From a bacterium (GTDB lineage Bacteria; Patescibacteriota; Minisyncoccia; Phycocordibacterales; UBA1006): a stretch of DNA of 64,000 bases. Shown here one piece after another: positions 27,720-38,023 of this stretch (within the stretch, counting starts at the first letter, position 1; each line of letters starts with the position of its first letter). The DNA lies in the NCBI GenBank assembly GCA_030433255.1, contig JAUIMI010000002.1:65177-129176 (forward strand), written 5' to 3'. Position numbers and translations under genes: made by a program. A model generated the notes under the pieces. It had not been told where the DNA came from and made no database searches. It saw nothing but the letters and a program-made list of their open reading frames with translations.

Positions 27720-30635
27720 TTAAATATCAAGAGTAAATGATATTTCTTTTGGTATTTTTAATCCGTCTTCAGTTGTTGCGATAACTCGGACAATATTATT
27801 CTCTTCAAAATATGGTAATGAGTTTGGAACAAATTCAAAACCAAATGGATCAGATTCATCTGAAGCAATAAATGCATTATTGATAAATAATTGAACTAAA
27901 GAAATATCATCTTCATTTTCAATATTTCGCAAGCGAATTTCAATAACATCATCAATGTTATATACATCAGTTTCATCAATACCTCTAATCTCAAAATCTA
28001 CTGTATCAATATTTCCCTCTGCTATTTGACCATCAGCTAGATGGACATCATCATATTCTGTTGGGATATCTAATTCAATACCTAAAATACTCGATAAGTG
28101 TTCCTGCACAAAGAGCTGTACTCCATACTCCCAATTTTCATACTGGGAATCATTACGCGCATCATTACGTATTGTTGGATTATCTTTATTAATCCAATGA
28201 AGAATCGTATGTGGATCTGGTTGTGGAACCTCTATTTTGGTTTCTTCTGGTGTATATTCCGTTGCAAGTTTACCAGAAACAGAATCAATATAAATTGTTG
28301 TTCCTCCATACCAATCACCCTGAATCATGTTAGGTAATGAAGAGAAGTTTTCAGGTAGATCATAATCTTTGAATGATGAATTATCGTAATTTTTAATAAC
28401 TTCATCCATAAATTGACGCCATGGTTTACCAGAAATAGATGAACCTTTTTTCATAGGACTATTATCATTGTTTCCTGTCCAAACTCCAACAGCTACATCT
28501 GGTGTATATCCAATTAACCATGCATCTCGATTATCATTAGTAGTACCTGTTTTTCCAGCAACATCACGTTCTCCGAAGTAAAGGAATGATTGCGAACCAA
28601 AAAGTGGTGTTCGTGCAACATTGTCAGATAAAATACTATTAACCATACGTGCTGCATTTTTTTCAATAACCTGTTCTTCTTGTGAAAGGTATTTTTCTAA
28701 TACTTTTCCGTTTACATCAGTAACCTCAAGAATTCCTGTTGGCTTGTTGTATTCACCATCATTTGCAAAAACACTATACGCACTCGTCATTTCAAGAAGT
28801 GAAACCTCTCCACCACCAAGAACAAGACCAAGACCATAAAAATCAGGTGATTGAGTTAGTGACGTAATACCCATATCTCGTGCTTTTTGAATAACCCGAG
28901 TTAAACCAGCAAGGTAGTTAACCTTAATAGCAGGAATATTTCTTGATTGAGCTAATGCATTTCTAAATGTCATAGGTCCATTAAATTTGAAATCATAATT
29001 ATTCGGAGAATAACAACCATTTTCACTCGTTGTATCGGTTGCTTCACAACGACTATTGAATTGGGTTTCAGTATCAAAAATAGTACTCTCAGGAAGATAC
29101 CCACGCTCAAAGGCGGTTGCATACGCTATTGGTTTAAATGATGACCCTGGTTGCCTTAGGGCGGTTACCACATTAAAGTTCCCATCGAACTCTTCAGTAT
29201 CAAAATAATCACGAGAACCCACCATGGTAATAATATGACCAGTTTCTGATTCAATAGCTACCAAACCAGCGTTTGAAGCATCGTATGTTTCCTCTACTTC
29301 TTCTATGTGATTTTTAATAATTTCCTCTGCTTGCTGTTGAAGTTCATAATCAAGAGTTGTAATTACATGCAAACCTCCATTTTGAACCATATCAACACCA
29401 TATGTTTCCTCTAATTGTGCTCGTACATATTGCACAAAATGAAGTGACTTAGCATACCCTTCTTCTTCTGGAATAAACTCAACAACCTCATCAAGAGCGG
29501 TCCTATATTCCTCATCGCTAATGAAACCATATTTTTTCATCTCTCCTAATACAACACGCTGACGCTGATCAAGTTTATCTTTATTATTACCGTATGGAGA
29601 ATAGTAGGTTGGTAGATTTGGAATAGCTGCAAGGTACGCTGATTGGGCAATAGAAACTTCTGAAGCTGGAACACCAAAGAAACGTTTTGAGGCTTCTTGT
29701 ATACCGTAAATAGTACCACCATAAGGAGCTTCGTTAAGATAAATCTCAAGAATTTCATCTTTTGTTAATTTATCTTCAATTTTATACGCTAATACCCACT
29801 CTTTAACCTTTCGGGCTATGCGTTGGTCACGATTAAGGAGTGTATTTTTTACTACCTGCTGTGTTAGTGTTGAACCACCAGCAGTTCCTGCATCAGATAA
29901 TCCTGCTTTTGATAAAAGTGTTTGAGTAACAGCACGAATAGTTGATTTCCAAACCACACCATTATGTTCATAAAAAGAATGATCTTCGATGGCAATAATA
30001 GCATCTTTTACATGTTGATTAATATCATCAAAATCAACAACAGTACGTCTAATATTTTCATGAATATCATACAAAAGAATCTCTCCTGTTTTATCATAAA
30101 TCTTTGTTGAGTTTGAAATTTTTCTGTTTTCAAAATTAGCAACACTTGGAATTTCCAAGGTTGAAAACCATACAAAAAAGAAACCAGCAGCAGCAATAAG
30201 AGAGATAACAGCAAAAATAATTAATCCCTTTAAAATATTCCAGAAGTTTTTCTTTTTGTGTTTTTTTGTTTTTAATCTTTGAGTGGTAGATTTTTGTTTT
30301 TTTGTTTTTAGATTTTTAATTTGAGGCATAGTAATAAGAGATTTTTTTTCTTGAAAAAATAAACGTATATCTAAAAATAATATTGAAATTCTTGTTTTTA
30401 TTCGTAAGAAAAATTCTTTAATAAAAAACCAAACACTTGAACATAAAATACCTATGGTTTTAAATATATTTGAAAATTTCAATATCGGGGGTGTTTTTTT
30501 AGATTTTTTTAATGAAACCTCTCTTAATTTCATATACCGCCTATGTTTTTGAGCGAGTAACCGTTGTCGTTTTAAGTACTCACGGGTATGAATATCTTGT
30601 AATTTTTTACGAGGAATCATACACCTATTATACAT
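27720..30635 (-). CDS. class A penicillin-binding protein (PBP1A; glycosyltransferase plus transpeptidase) with a C-terminal extension
   Basis: GT51 motif EDHSFYEHNGV; transpeptidase SxxK (PGSSFKP), SxN and KTG (AGKTGTT). The real start may be the internal Met at 30329 (MPQIKNLKTKK.. followed by the TM). Confidence 0.8.
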   Translation of the reverse strand: MYNRCMIPRKKLQDIHTREYLKRQRLLAQKHRRYMKLREVSLKKSKKTPPILKFSNIFKTIGILCSSVWFFIKEFFLRIKTRISILFLDIRLFFQEKKSLITMPQIKNLKTKKQKSTTQRLKTKKHKKKNFWNILKGLIIFAVISLIAAAGFFFVWFSTLEIPSVANFENRKISNSTKIYDKTGEILLYDIHENIRRTVVDFDDINQHVKDAIIAIEDHSFYEHNGVVWKSTIRAVTQTLLSKAGLSDAGTAGGSTLTQQVVKNTLLNRDQRIARKVKEWVLAYKIEDKLTKDEILEIYLNEAPYGGTIYGIQEASKRFFGVPASEVSIAQSAYLAAIPNLPTYYSPYGNNKDKLDQRQRVVLGEMKKYGFISDEEYRTALDEVVEFIPEEEGYAKSLHFVQYVRAQLEETYGVDMVQNGGLHVITTLDYELQQQAEEIIKNHIEEVEETYDASNAGLVAIESETGHIITMVGSRDYFDTEEFDGNFNVVTALRQPGSSFKPIAYATAFERGYLPESTIFDTETQFNSRCEATDTTSENGCYSPNNYDFKFNGPMTFRNALAQSRNIPAIKVNYLAGLTRVIQKARDMGITSLTQSPDFYGLGLVLGGGEVSLLEMTSAYSVFANDGEYNKPTGILEVTDVNGKVLEKYLSQEEQVIEKNAARMVNSILSDNVARTPLFGSQSFLYFGERDVAGKTGTTNDNRDAWLIGYTPDVAVGVWTGNNDNSPMKKGSSISGKPWRQFMDEVIKNYDNSSFKDYDLPENFSSLPNMIQGDWYGGTTIYIDSVSGKLATEYTPEETKIEVPQPDPHTILHWINKDNPTIRNDARNDSQYENWEYGVQLFVQEHLSSILGIELDIPTEYDDVHLADGQIAEGNIDTVDFEIRGIDETDVYNIDDVIEIRLRNIENEDDISLVQLFINNAFIASDESDPFGFEFVPNSLPYFEENNIVRVIATTEDGLKIPKEISFTLDI

Positions 30636-30670
30636 AGAACTTTTTTAATACAAATAAAAAAACACTTAAA

Positions 30671-31150
30671 TTAATTAAATGTTTTTTGTATAGCAAAGAA
30701 GGTAATTCCAATAGCTATAGCATCAATCTCATCATCTTTTCTTTTTTTATCTTTTAAAGAAATGAGTTTATATACCATATTTTGCATATCTTTTTTTGAA
30801 GCTTTTCCATATCCAGTAACAGCAACCTTTATTTGATTTGGAGTGTATTCAAATATAGGGATATTACTATCGCTTGCTTGAAAAATAATAACTCCACGAG
30901 CTTCACTTACTTGTAATGCTGTTTTAGTATTTTTACTAAAAAATAAACCTTCTATAGCCAGTGCATCAATAGAATATTTTTTAATTACATCTCTTATATG
31001 TGTACCTATTTCAAATAAACGGTTATTAAAAGATGTTTCTTGTAAGGTTGTAAAACATTCTGAATGTATACATATTTCTTTCTGGTGTTGTTTTTCTAAA
31101 ACAGCAATACCAACACGCTCGTACCCAGGATCAATAGCGAGAACTCTCAT
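30671..31150 (-). CDS. ruvC: Holliday junction resolvase RuvC
   Basis: MRVLAIDPGYERVGIAVLE N-terminus with the catalytic Asp; 159 aa. Confidence 0.85.
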   Translation of the reverse strand: MRVLAIDPGYERVGIAVLEKQHQKEICIHSECFTTLQETSFNNRLFEIGTHIRDVIKKYSIDALAIEGLFFSKNTKTALQVSEARGVIIFQASDSNIPIFEYTPNQIKVAVTGYGKASKKDMQNMVYKLISLKDKKRKDDEIDAIAIGITFFAIQKTFN

Positions 31151-31152
31151 GG

Positions 31153-31404
31153 TTATATAATATCACGAATAAAAACCTCTTTATCTTTTGCTTTTTCTAA
31201 AATCTCTCGTTTGTACCTTTTAATATGACTTCGCTGTAGAGGGGATATATGTTTAAAAGAAAGTATTCCTTTTTGAATCTTAATATCTTTCAAGTGAAGT
31301 GAGGGAATATATTCTTGTAAAAGTGTTAATATTTTTTGTGAATCTTGAAATTCTTTATTATTAATCTGTATATTTTTAATAAACTTTTGAATATTAAAAT
31401 CCAT
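31153..31404 (-). CDS. small protein downstream of dnaN, possibly DUF721/DciA-like
   Basis: 83 aa. Its position immediately after dnaN and the KGILSFKHISPLQRSHIK pattern resemble DUF721. Weak. Confidence 0.3.
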   Translation of the reverse strand: MDFNIQKFIKNIQINNKEFQDSQKILTLLQEYIPSLHLKDIKIQKGILSFKHISPLQRSHIKRYKREILEKAKDKEVFIRDII

Positions 31405-31406
31405 AT

Positions 31407-32507
31407 TTATCTATTCATTGGCATTATTAAATAAAGAAATGAAGAATCCCCTACACTACGAATAACACATGGTTTATTTTTTTCAGTAAATGAAAAATTA
31501 ATACTATCGCCATGTAATGCTGGAAATGCATCTGATAAATATTTATGATTTAAATACATTTCAATATCTCCACCGGTAATAGCAGCATCAACAGAGGTAT
31601 CATTTTCTCCAACATCAGTATTACGGGAATGAATATGTAGTTGACCTTTTTGTGAATCTGTTTTAATCAGAATCTGATTAAAATTATCAGAAAAAACATT
31701 TACCAACCGAAGTGATTGTATAAGTTCATCTTTTAAAACAATACTATTTACCAATGATTCTTGTGGAATGATTTGTTTATAATCAGGGTAATTACCATCA
31801 ACAATACGTGAGGTAAAGTAAATATTTTCTGATTGAATAGATAATTGATTTTTCCCTATAGATAACTGAACAGAATCTGTAATACCATTAAATATTTTTA
31901 TACACTCTTGAATATTTTTAATAGGAATAATAACCCCTGAAATATCTAAGTTACCTTTTGTTACTATTCTTTTTTCAGCAAGTCTAAATGAATCCGTTGA
32001 AACAAAAACAAGTTCATTATTTTCACTGTAAATATATACACTTGATATTTCAGGTTTAATATCTGAAATAGAGGCACTATATACAACACTCTTAACACCA
32101 TCAAGAATCGTTTCAATAGGAAAATTAATTTCAGTAGCATCTTCTACTCGAGGTAGTGTTGGAAAATCAGCATGAGGGAATAATTTAATATTCATTTCTG
32201 ATTTCTCTGTTGAAATATGTAAGGTGTTTTCAATAACCTCAAAGGTAACATTATAATCACCCTGAAGAGAATTTATAATTTGACTAAAGACATCAAGTTT
32301 AACTGATAACTCACCTTCTTCTTTAATTTTTACTGGAATAGTTATTTCAACACCAACATGTAGATTGGTTGATCGAAGAGTGAGAATATTATCCCTTGCA
32401 ATAAGGAGAATATTTTCAAGTATTGGTAGACTTAAATTTTTTGCTGAAACTTTTTGTATACGAGATACAGCATCTTTAATTTTTTCAACGGTTGTTTCTA
32501 TTTTCAT
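31407..32507 (-). CDS. dnaN: DNA polymerase III beta sliding clamp
   Basis: Three-domain beta-clamp length (366 aa), N-terminus MKIETTVEKIKDAVSRIQKV, located downstream of dnaA. Confidence 0.85.
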   Translation of the reverse strand: MKIETTVEKIKDAVSRIQKVSAKNLSLPILENILLIARDNILTLRSTNLHVGVEITIPVKIKEEGELSVKLDVFSQIINSLQGDYNVTFEVIENTLHISTEKSEMNIKLFPHADFPTLPRVEDATEINFPIETILDGVKSVVYSASISDIKPEISSVYIYSENNELVFVSTDSFRLAEKRIVTKGNLDISGVIIPIKNIQECIKIFNGITDSVQLSIGKNQLSIQSENIYFTSRIVDGNYPDYKQIIPQESLVNSIVLKDELIQSLRLVNVFSDNFNQILIKTDSQKGQLHIHSRNTDVGENDTSVDAAITGGDIEMYLNHKYLSDAFPALHGDSINFSFTEKNKPCVIRSVGDSSFLYLIMPMNR

Positions 32508-32731
32508 AATATTAGTTAATTATATATAAAATATATTTATTATTACTATTAGGGTTGTTTATACTGTGGATTAGTTAAATACGTGTTTATATATAAGGAT
32601 TATTTAGGTTTTTTATATGTGGATAGGTAAGATGATATTTTGTTTATAATATAGATTTATACACAGGATAACTTACACCCTTGTGTATAAGAATAGTGTA
32701 TACACATTTTTTATATAAATTATTAACAGGT
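32508..32731. promoter_or_regulatory. candidate oriC (dnaA-dnaN intergenic): DnaA-box cluster plus AT-rich unwinding element
   Basis: 9-mers with at most one mismatch to TTATCCACA at 32566-32574, 32629-32637, 32658-32666 and 32682-32690; a TATATATAAAATATATTTATTATT tract. Confidence 0.5.
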
Positions 32732-34090
32732 TTATACATCAAGAATAGCTCTTATTTGTTCTATTTCTTGGGTAACATTAGGGTCATCTTTTATCATTTC
32801 TGTAACTTTTTCATAAGAATGAATTACTGTTGTATGGTCGCGACCTCCAATTTCCTTACCTATTGCTGGATACGAAATATTGAAATATTCTCGTAATATA
32901 TACATTGTTATTTGGCGTACATACACTATCTCTTTTTTTCTTGTTTTATCGTATATTTTCTGTGGGTCTAGTGTGTAAAAACCAGCTATTATTTTAATAA
33001 TTTCATCTAATGCAAGATGTTTTTTAGGTTTTATATTGTTTTTAATTAATGTTTTTACCTCATTAATAGATAGTTTTCGAGATCGTAATTCTGTTTGAAT
33101 ACTAATTGCATTTAATATACCCTCTAACTCTCTAATATTTCCTTCAAGGTTATTTGCTAAGAAATCAACCACTTCATCACTAATAGGTGTTTTCTTTTGC
33201 GTTGCTTTTGTTTTAAGGAGTGCAGCACGTGATTCGTAATCAGGTTTCGTTACATCAACAATCATTCCTGCAGAAAAACGTGATCGTAATCTATCTTCTA
33301 AACCAATAATATAATTAGGATGTTTATCTGAAGAAAAGATTATTTGTTTACCTTTGTCATAGAGAATATTGAATAAATGGAATAATTCTTCTTGTAGTTT
33401 TTCTTTTCCTGAGAAGAATTGAATATCATCCATAATAAGTACATCGTAAGCCCTGTATTTATTTTTAAAAGAATTAATACTATTGTTTTTTAAGGCATTT
33501 ACATAATCTTGAGAAAATTTTTCTGAACTTGTATAGAAAATATTAGTGTTTTCGTTGTCTTTATATATTTTATTCCCTGTTGCTTGTATTAAGTGAGTTT
33601 TTCCTAGTCCAGTTGATCCATAGATGAATAATGGGTTATATACACCAGGTTTTTTAATAATTGCTTGGGCTGCAGAATACGCAAGTTCATTAAAAGGCCC
33701 AACAACAAACGATTGAAATGAGTATTTCTCATTTAAGTTATTTGTTTTATTAATAGATATATTCTCTAAAGGAAGTGAATTACCTTGCTGTAGTATTGAT
33801 TGTGGTTGTTTGGTGGTATTAGTATCTTCTTTCTCAGTATTCTTCTTTTTTACAATATATTCAATGTTTTTAATAGAATTATCGAAATTTCGTAGTTTTT
33901 CTAAAATCATTTTATGAAATTTAGTATACAACCATTCTTTATTGAATTCATTTGGTACACCAATATAAAAAATAGAATCCTCTTGTTTTAGTGGGAATGT
34001 TTTTTTAAACCATGTGTTGAAGTTTGGTCGAGATATCTCAAGTTCAATTTCTGTTAATGTGTCTTTCCAGATTTTTTCAATAGTATTCAT
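32732..34090 (-). CDS. dnaA: chromosomal replication initiator DnaA
   Basis: AAA+ Walker A GSTGLGKTHL, Walker B VLIMDDIQF, sensor and C-terminal HTH (RDHTTVIHSYEKV). Confidence 0.9.
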   Translation of the reverse strand: MNTIEKIWKDTLTEIELEISRPNFNTWFKKTFPLKQEDSIFYIGVPNEFNKEWLYTKFHKMILEKLRNFDNSIKNIEYIVKKKNTEKEDTNTTKQPQSILQQGNSLPLENISINKTNNLNEKYSFQSFVVGPFNELAYSAAQAIIKKPGVYNPLFIYGSTGLGKTHLIQATGNKIYKDNENTNIFYTSSEKFSQDYVNALKNNSINSFKNKYRAYDVLIMDDIQFFSGKEKLQEELFHLFNILYDKGKQIIFSSDKHPNYIIGLEDRLRSRFSAGMIVDVTKPDYESRAALLKTKATQKKTPISDEVVDFLANNLEGNIRELEGILNAISIQTELRSRKLSINEVKTLIKNNIKPKKHLALDEIIKIIAGFYTLDPQKIYDKTRKKEIVYVRQITMYILREYFNISYPAIGKEIGGRDHTTVIHSYEKVTEMIKDDPNVTQEIEQIRAILDV

Positions 34091-34123
34091 AGTAGCAGTA
34101 TGTATGTGTATTATAATATGAAT

Positions 34124-34171
34124 GTGGAAAAAAGGGAAAACTTGTGAAAATAGGAATAAAGCTGTGGATAA
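34124..34171. promoter_or_regulatory. DnaA boxes upstream of dnaA (and of rpmH)
   Basis: A perfect TGTGGATAA (reverse complement of TTATCCACA) at 34163-34171 and TGTGGAAAA at 34124-34132. Confidence 0.5.
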
Positions 34172-34282
34172 GTTTTTTATATAAATGTATATGTTTACCT
34201 AGGTTTGTGTACAGTATCTTGATTATTTTTGTTATTGTATTAGTATAATTACATTAATTAAGTACTAATTTATTTATTAATT

Positions 34283-34429
34283 ATGAAAGCAAAATCACAA
34301 ACTCTTCGAAAGCGTAAAAATCGTTCAATGAAGAAAAAACATGGGTTCCTATCTCGAATGAAAACTGCTGGAGGGCGAAAAACTCTTTTAAATCGTTTAC
34401 GAAAAGGTCGTAAAAAATTAAGCGTTTAG
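34283..34429 (+). CDS. rpmH: 50S ribosomal protein L34
   Basis: MKAKSQTLRKRKNRSMKKKHGFLSRMKTAGGRKTLLNRLRKGRKKLSV (48 aa). It is too short for the ORF track, and the rpmH-rnpA synteny is classic. Confidence 0.85.
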   Translation: MKAKSQTLRKRKNRSMKKKHGFLSRMKTAGGRKTLLNRLRKGRKKLSV

Positions 34430-34477
34430 TTATAAAAAACCTTTATATAAAAGGTTTTTTATAATATATACATAGAT

Positions 34478-34792
34478 ATGTTTAAAAAATCCAAAAGAAT
34501 AAATTCTCGTGAATTTACTACTGTTTTTAAAAAAGGAAAAAAATCATTTTCTTCTTTTTTCCAAATAATTACTTTTGGAGGAGAGTGTAAGGTGGCTGTT
34601 GTTATATCAAAAAAGAAAATCAAAAAAAGAATTCAAAGAAATAGAGAAAAAAGAAGAATTCTTCATGTGATAAAAAAAATAACAGAACAATACCCTTTAT
34701 CTACAAATATGATTATTTTTCTTCAAAAAGATACTCAAAATCTTACCTTTAATGAATTAGAGGAAGAATTACTATATAGTATAAAAAAATAG
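34478..34792 (+). CDS. rnpA: RNase P protein component
   Basis: 104 aa, basic; the AVVISKKKIKKRIQRNREKRR motif matches RnpA, and the gene follows rpmH. Confidence 0.75.
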   Translation: MFKKSKRINSREFTTVFKKGKKSFSSFFQIITFGGECKVAVVISKKKIKKRIQRNREKRRILHVIKKITEQYPLSTNMIIFLQKDTQNLTFNELEEELLYSIKK

Positions 34793-34852
34793 AGGTGTAT
34801 CTCTATTTTTTTATACTATGTTCATAGATTGTAATTATGTTAGTATTTAATC

Positions 34853-35578
34853 ATGATTACTTTATGGAATACTTTTTTTTATAAACCACTTTACAACGCA
34901 CTTGTTTTTCTTGTTGATGTGGTACCAAATGAATCGCTATTTATTGCGGTAGTTATATTAACTATTATTGTTCGTTTTATTATTTCACCATTATCATATA
35001 AGGCACTTAAAACACAAATAAAAACAAAAGCCCTGCAACCAGAAATTAATAAAATCAAAGACACTATTTCTGATAAACAAGAACAAGCTCGAGCAACGTT
35101 TGCACTTTATAAGGAAAATGGAGTTAATCCTTTCTCAAGTTTCTTATTGATTCTTGTTCAATTTCCTATTATTATTGCTTTATATTGGGTGTTTCGAGAT
35201 GGAGGAGTTGAGATAGACCCAACGCTACTCTATTCATTTATTCCTGCACCTGAAAATATATCTTTAACTAGTTTTGGTATTAATTTAGCAGAAAAAAGCT
35301 ACCTCCTTGCTCTTCTTGCTGGTGTAACTCAATATATTCATATTTCTCGATCATCAAGTTTTAAACAAGTTGATACTGGGACTAAAAAAACCCAACAAGA
35401 AGAAATGATGGTAATGGTTGGTACCTCAATGAAATATACTATGCCTATTATGATTACTATTTTTGCTTATATTATTGGTGGTGCTGTTGCTTTGTATTGG
35501 GTAACATCAAATATTTTCATGATAGTACAAGAAACATTTATACAAAAGAAACTTGAAAATAAAAAACAAACCACATAG
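34853..35578 (+). CDS. yidC: membrane protein insertase YidC (short form)
   Basis: LQPEINKIKDTISDKQEQARATFALYKENGVNPFSS...QFPIIIALYWVF are conserved YidC/Oxa1 motifs; 241 aa. Confidence 0.75.
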   Translation: MITLWNTFFYKPLYNALVFLVDVVPNESLFIAVVILTIIVRFIISPLSYKALKTQIKTKALQPEINKIKDTISDKQEQARATFALYKENGVNPFSSFLLILVQFPIIIALYWVFRDGGVEIDPTLLYSFIPAPENISLTSFGINLAEKSYLLALLAGVTQYIHISRSSSFKQVDTGTKKTQQEEMMVMVGTSMKYTMPIMITIFAYIIGGAVALYWVTSNIFMIVQETFIQKKLENKKQTT

Positions 35579-35621
35579 TTTGTTTTTTATTTTGAATACA
35601 CAGCTATGTTATACTACAACT

Positions 35622-36086
35622 ATGAGCCCTGATATATTAAAAAAAGAAACCGAAACAATTCTTGGGATGATAAATATTTCATTTAAAGAAGTTGTAATTG
35701 TTATTGATAATGACATACGACTTACTATTATTTCAATTCGTGTACCAGGAAACGAAGAAGAATTGTTTACTGAAAACTATAATATATTAACGCGAGATTT
35801 AGGAACTATTATAAAACAACTCTTAGAAAAGAAGTATCATTTTTATAAAGATATTACCATAGATGTTAATGGTAATAATAGAAAATTTATAGAACAAGCA
35901 AAACAAAAAGCTCAAATAGCGGTAGAACGTGTTCAATTTTTTGATAAACCATATGAATTTGGGTACCTAAATTCATACGAACGAATGCTTATTCATTCAT
36001 ATTTAAAAAATGTTCCAAATATTATTACACAATCGGAGGGTGAAGGAAAAGACAGGCGTTTAATTATTAAAAAACAAACCATATAG
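35622..36086 (+). CDS. jag: Jag/KhpB-like RNA-binding protein (KH plus R3H)
   Basis: C-terminal R3H-like YERMLIHSYLKN...SEGEGKDRRLIIKK, and its position after yidC. The start is taken at the internal Met; the ORF track begins at 35553, overlapping yidC. Confidence 0.6.
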   Translation: MSPDILKKETETILGMINISFKEVVIVIDNDIRLTIISIRVPGNEEELFTENYNILTRDLGTIIKQLLEKKYHFYKDITIDVNGNNRKFIEQAKQKAQIAVERVQFFDKPYEFGYLNSYERMLIHSYLKNVPNIITQSEGEGKDRRLIIKKQTI

Positions 36087-36095
36087 GTTTGTTTT

Positions 36096-37946
36096 TTAAT
36101 TTACAAATTCAGTGTCTTCTGTGCTTGCTTTAAATTCTTCTTTTGCTTTTTTAATAGAAAGAACTTGCGCTGGGTCAGAGGTAATAATTTGATCTTCAGT
36201 GTATGAAGCAATAATTTTTACCGCAACATGTTTTAATCCAGCAAAGAATATTCCTTCCCCAACACTTGATTCAATAAGAAGATATTTTTCTTCATCAGTA
36301 AGTCGGAAAATTTCTTGAAGATTATCAACAGAACTTGGAGATTGTTTCAAGAGAAGTTGCATAGAAGAGTTTGTAATAATTGGCACACCATATTTTGATT
36401 TAATAAAATCACCAACGTCTTGAGTAATCGTAGATAGACCGAGGAAGTATTTACGTCCACGTTTTGCAATCATAAACAAGAATGATGCTGTATCATCAGA
36501 TTTCATCATCCACCATGCCTCATCAACAACAAGGAGTCGTTTTTTAAGATTTTTACGAACCGCATTCCAGATAAATGCTGTAATAATATACATTGCGGCT
36601 GGTTTAAGGTCGTCTTCCATATCTCGGATTGAAAATACAACAAGTTTTTTATTGATATCAACATTTGATGGTTTGTTAATAAAACCTGACCATGTACCAC
36701 GGGTGTATTTAGTAAGACGAGTTAGTAATGATTCACTTCCATCCATTGACGAAAGAATCATCTCAAAATCAGACATTAGTGGTGGTTCAATTTGTGAGTA
36801 GTCCGAATTCGGGGTTATATCCTTGAGTGCATATGTTTCAGTAATAGCTCTGTCGATAACAGAATCTTCTTCTGGTGTTAATCCACCTAACATAATTCTA
36901 AACAAACCAACGAGGTGAATAATATGTGTCCGCAAAACATCAGCAGGATCTTCATCAGAGAGAGGTGTTGGTACATCAAAAGGGTTAATATGATGCTCTG
37001 ATGATAGTGAGATATTAAAATACCGTCCTCCTACAGCTTCTGCAAGATATTCGTACTCACGTTCAGGATCAATAACAATCACTTCAGTATCAAACATCAT
37101 AGTCCGTAAAATCTCTAGTTTAGTAGCATATGATTTTCCTGCACCAGAGGTAGCAAAAGTCACTGAATTGTAGTTAGGGAGTGAATACCTATCAAAAATA
37201 ACTAAACCTGAATTATGTCTATTAATACCATAGAGGATACCTTTATTATCAGTAAGTTCTGATGAGATAAAAGGAAAGAATGACGAGACAGGACCTGTGT
37301 TGAGTTTTGTGTGTACTTGGAGCTTATCATCCCCTATTGGAGCAACTGACATAAATCCTTCCATTTGTTGGAAAAGAGCCGGTTTTAAATAAATAAGTTT
37401 AGATTCCAGAAGAGAACGAATTTCATTTTCTGTTTTAAATAACTCATCCTCATCTTCTGCATAGATAGTAATATACAACCCAACAGAAAATATTTTTTCT
37501 TGAGCTTGTTGCAATGAATCACGTAATTGTTCTAAATCTCTATACGCAGTATCTAAAATAGGATCTCGTACTAACCCTTTTGATTCACGAAGGTTTATTT
37601 GAGATTGTACTTCAGCTACTTTTTTCTTAAACTCAGAGAGGATTTTTTCTGTTGGGATAGGGTGTACATGAATCCCAATATCAAATACCTTGTCCAAGTT
37701 TACAATAGGAGCTAGCCATCCATCTGTTAAGAATCGAGGGTACGACATTACAAAAAAAGTTCGTGAAGTTTTCCCTGCAATTTTAATTGATTTAGAACTA
37801 ATCTCTAATGCTGCCGGTGCTAAAATATCACGTAATTGTAATTTTGCAGTACGATATATTTCTCCTGGAAGAACAGGAACAGCTGTTTTTTTAATTTTTT
37901 CGTTTTCAGGTTTTGTTGTCCCTAATAAATCTGTAAATAATGACAT
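36096..37946 (-). CDS. VirB4-family type IV secretion ATPase, C-terminal ATPase body (Tn916 Orf16 / TcpF / PrgJ-like)
   Basis: Walker A ATSGAGKSYATK; Walker B VVDEAWWMM (the DEAW that is typical of VirB4); RGRKYF...TQ motifs. The N-terminal region SRTFFVMSYPRFLTDGWLAPIVNL...IHVHPI matches the pre-ATPase domain of Gram-positive VirB4s. Confidence 0.65.
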   Translation of the reverse strand: MSLFTDLLGTTKPENEKIKKTAVPVLPGEIYRTAKLQLRDILAPAALEISSKSIKIAGKTSRTFFVMSYPRFLTDGWLAPIVNLDKVFDIGIHVHPIPTEKILSEFKKKVAEVQSQINLRESKGLVRDPILDTAYRDLEQLRDSLQQAQEKIFSVGLYITIYAEDEDELFKTENEIRSLLESKLIYLKPALFQQMEGFMSVAPIGDDKLQVHTKLNTGPVSSFFPFISSELTDNKGILYGINRHNSGLVIFDRYSLPNYNSVTFATSGAGKSYATKLEILRTMMFDTEVIVIDPEREYEYLAEAVGGRYFNISLSSEHHINPFDVPTPLSDEDPADVLRTHIIHLVGLFRIMLGGLTPEEDSVIDRAITETYALKDITPNSDYSQIEPPLMSDFEMILSSMDGSESLLTRLTKYTRGTWSGFINKPSNVDINKKLVVFSIRDMEDDLKPAAMYIITAFIWNAVRKNLKKRLLVVDEAWWMMKSDDTASFLFMIAKRGRKYFLGLSTITQDVGDFIKSKYGVPIITNSSMQLLLKQSPSSVDNLQEIFRLTDEEKYLLIESSVGEGIFFAGLKHVAVKIIASYTEDQIITSDPAQVLSIKKAKEEFKASTEDTEFVN

Positions 37947-38023
37947 AACTACTTATAGTATACTACATTCAGTATAATTGATTAATTTTTTTTATGAAAA
38001 AACCTTGAGTAATCTCAAGGTTT

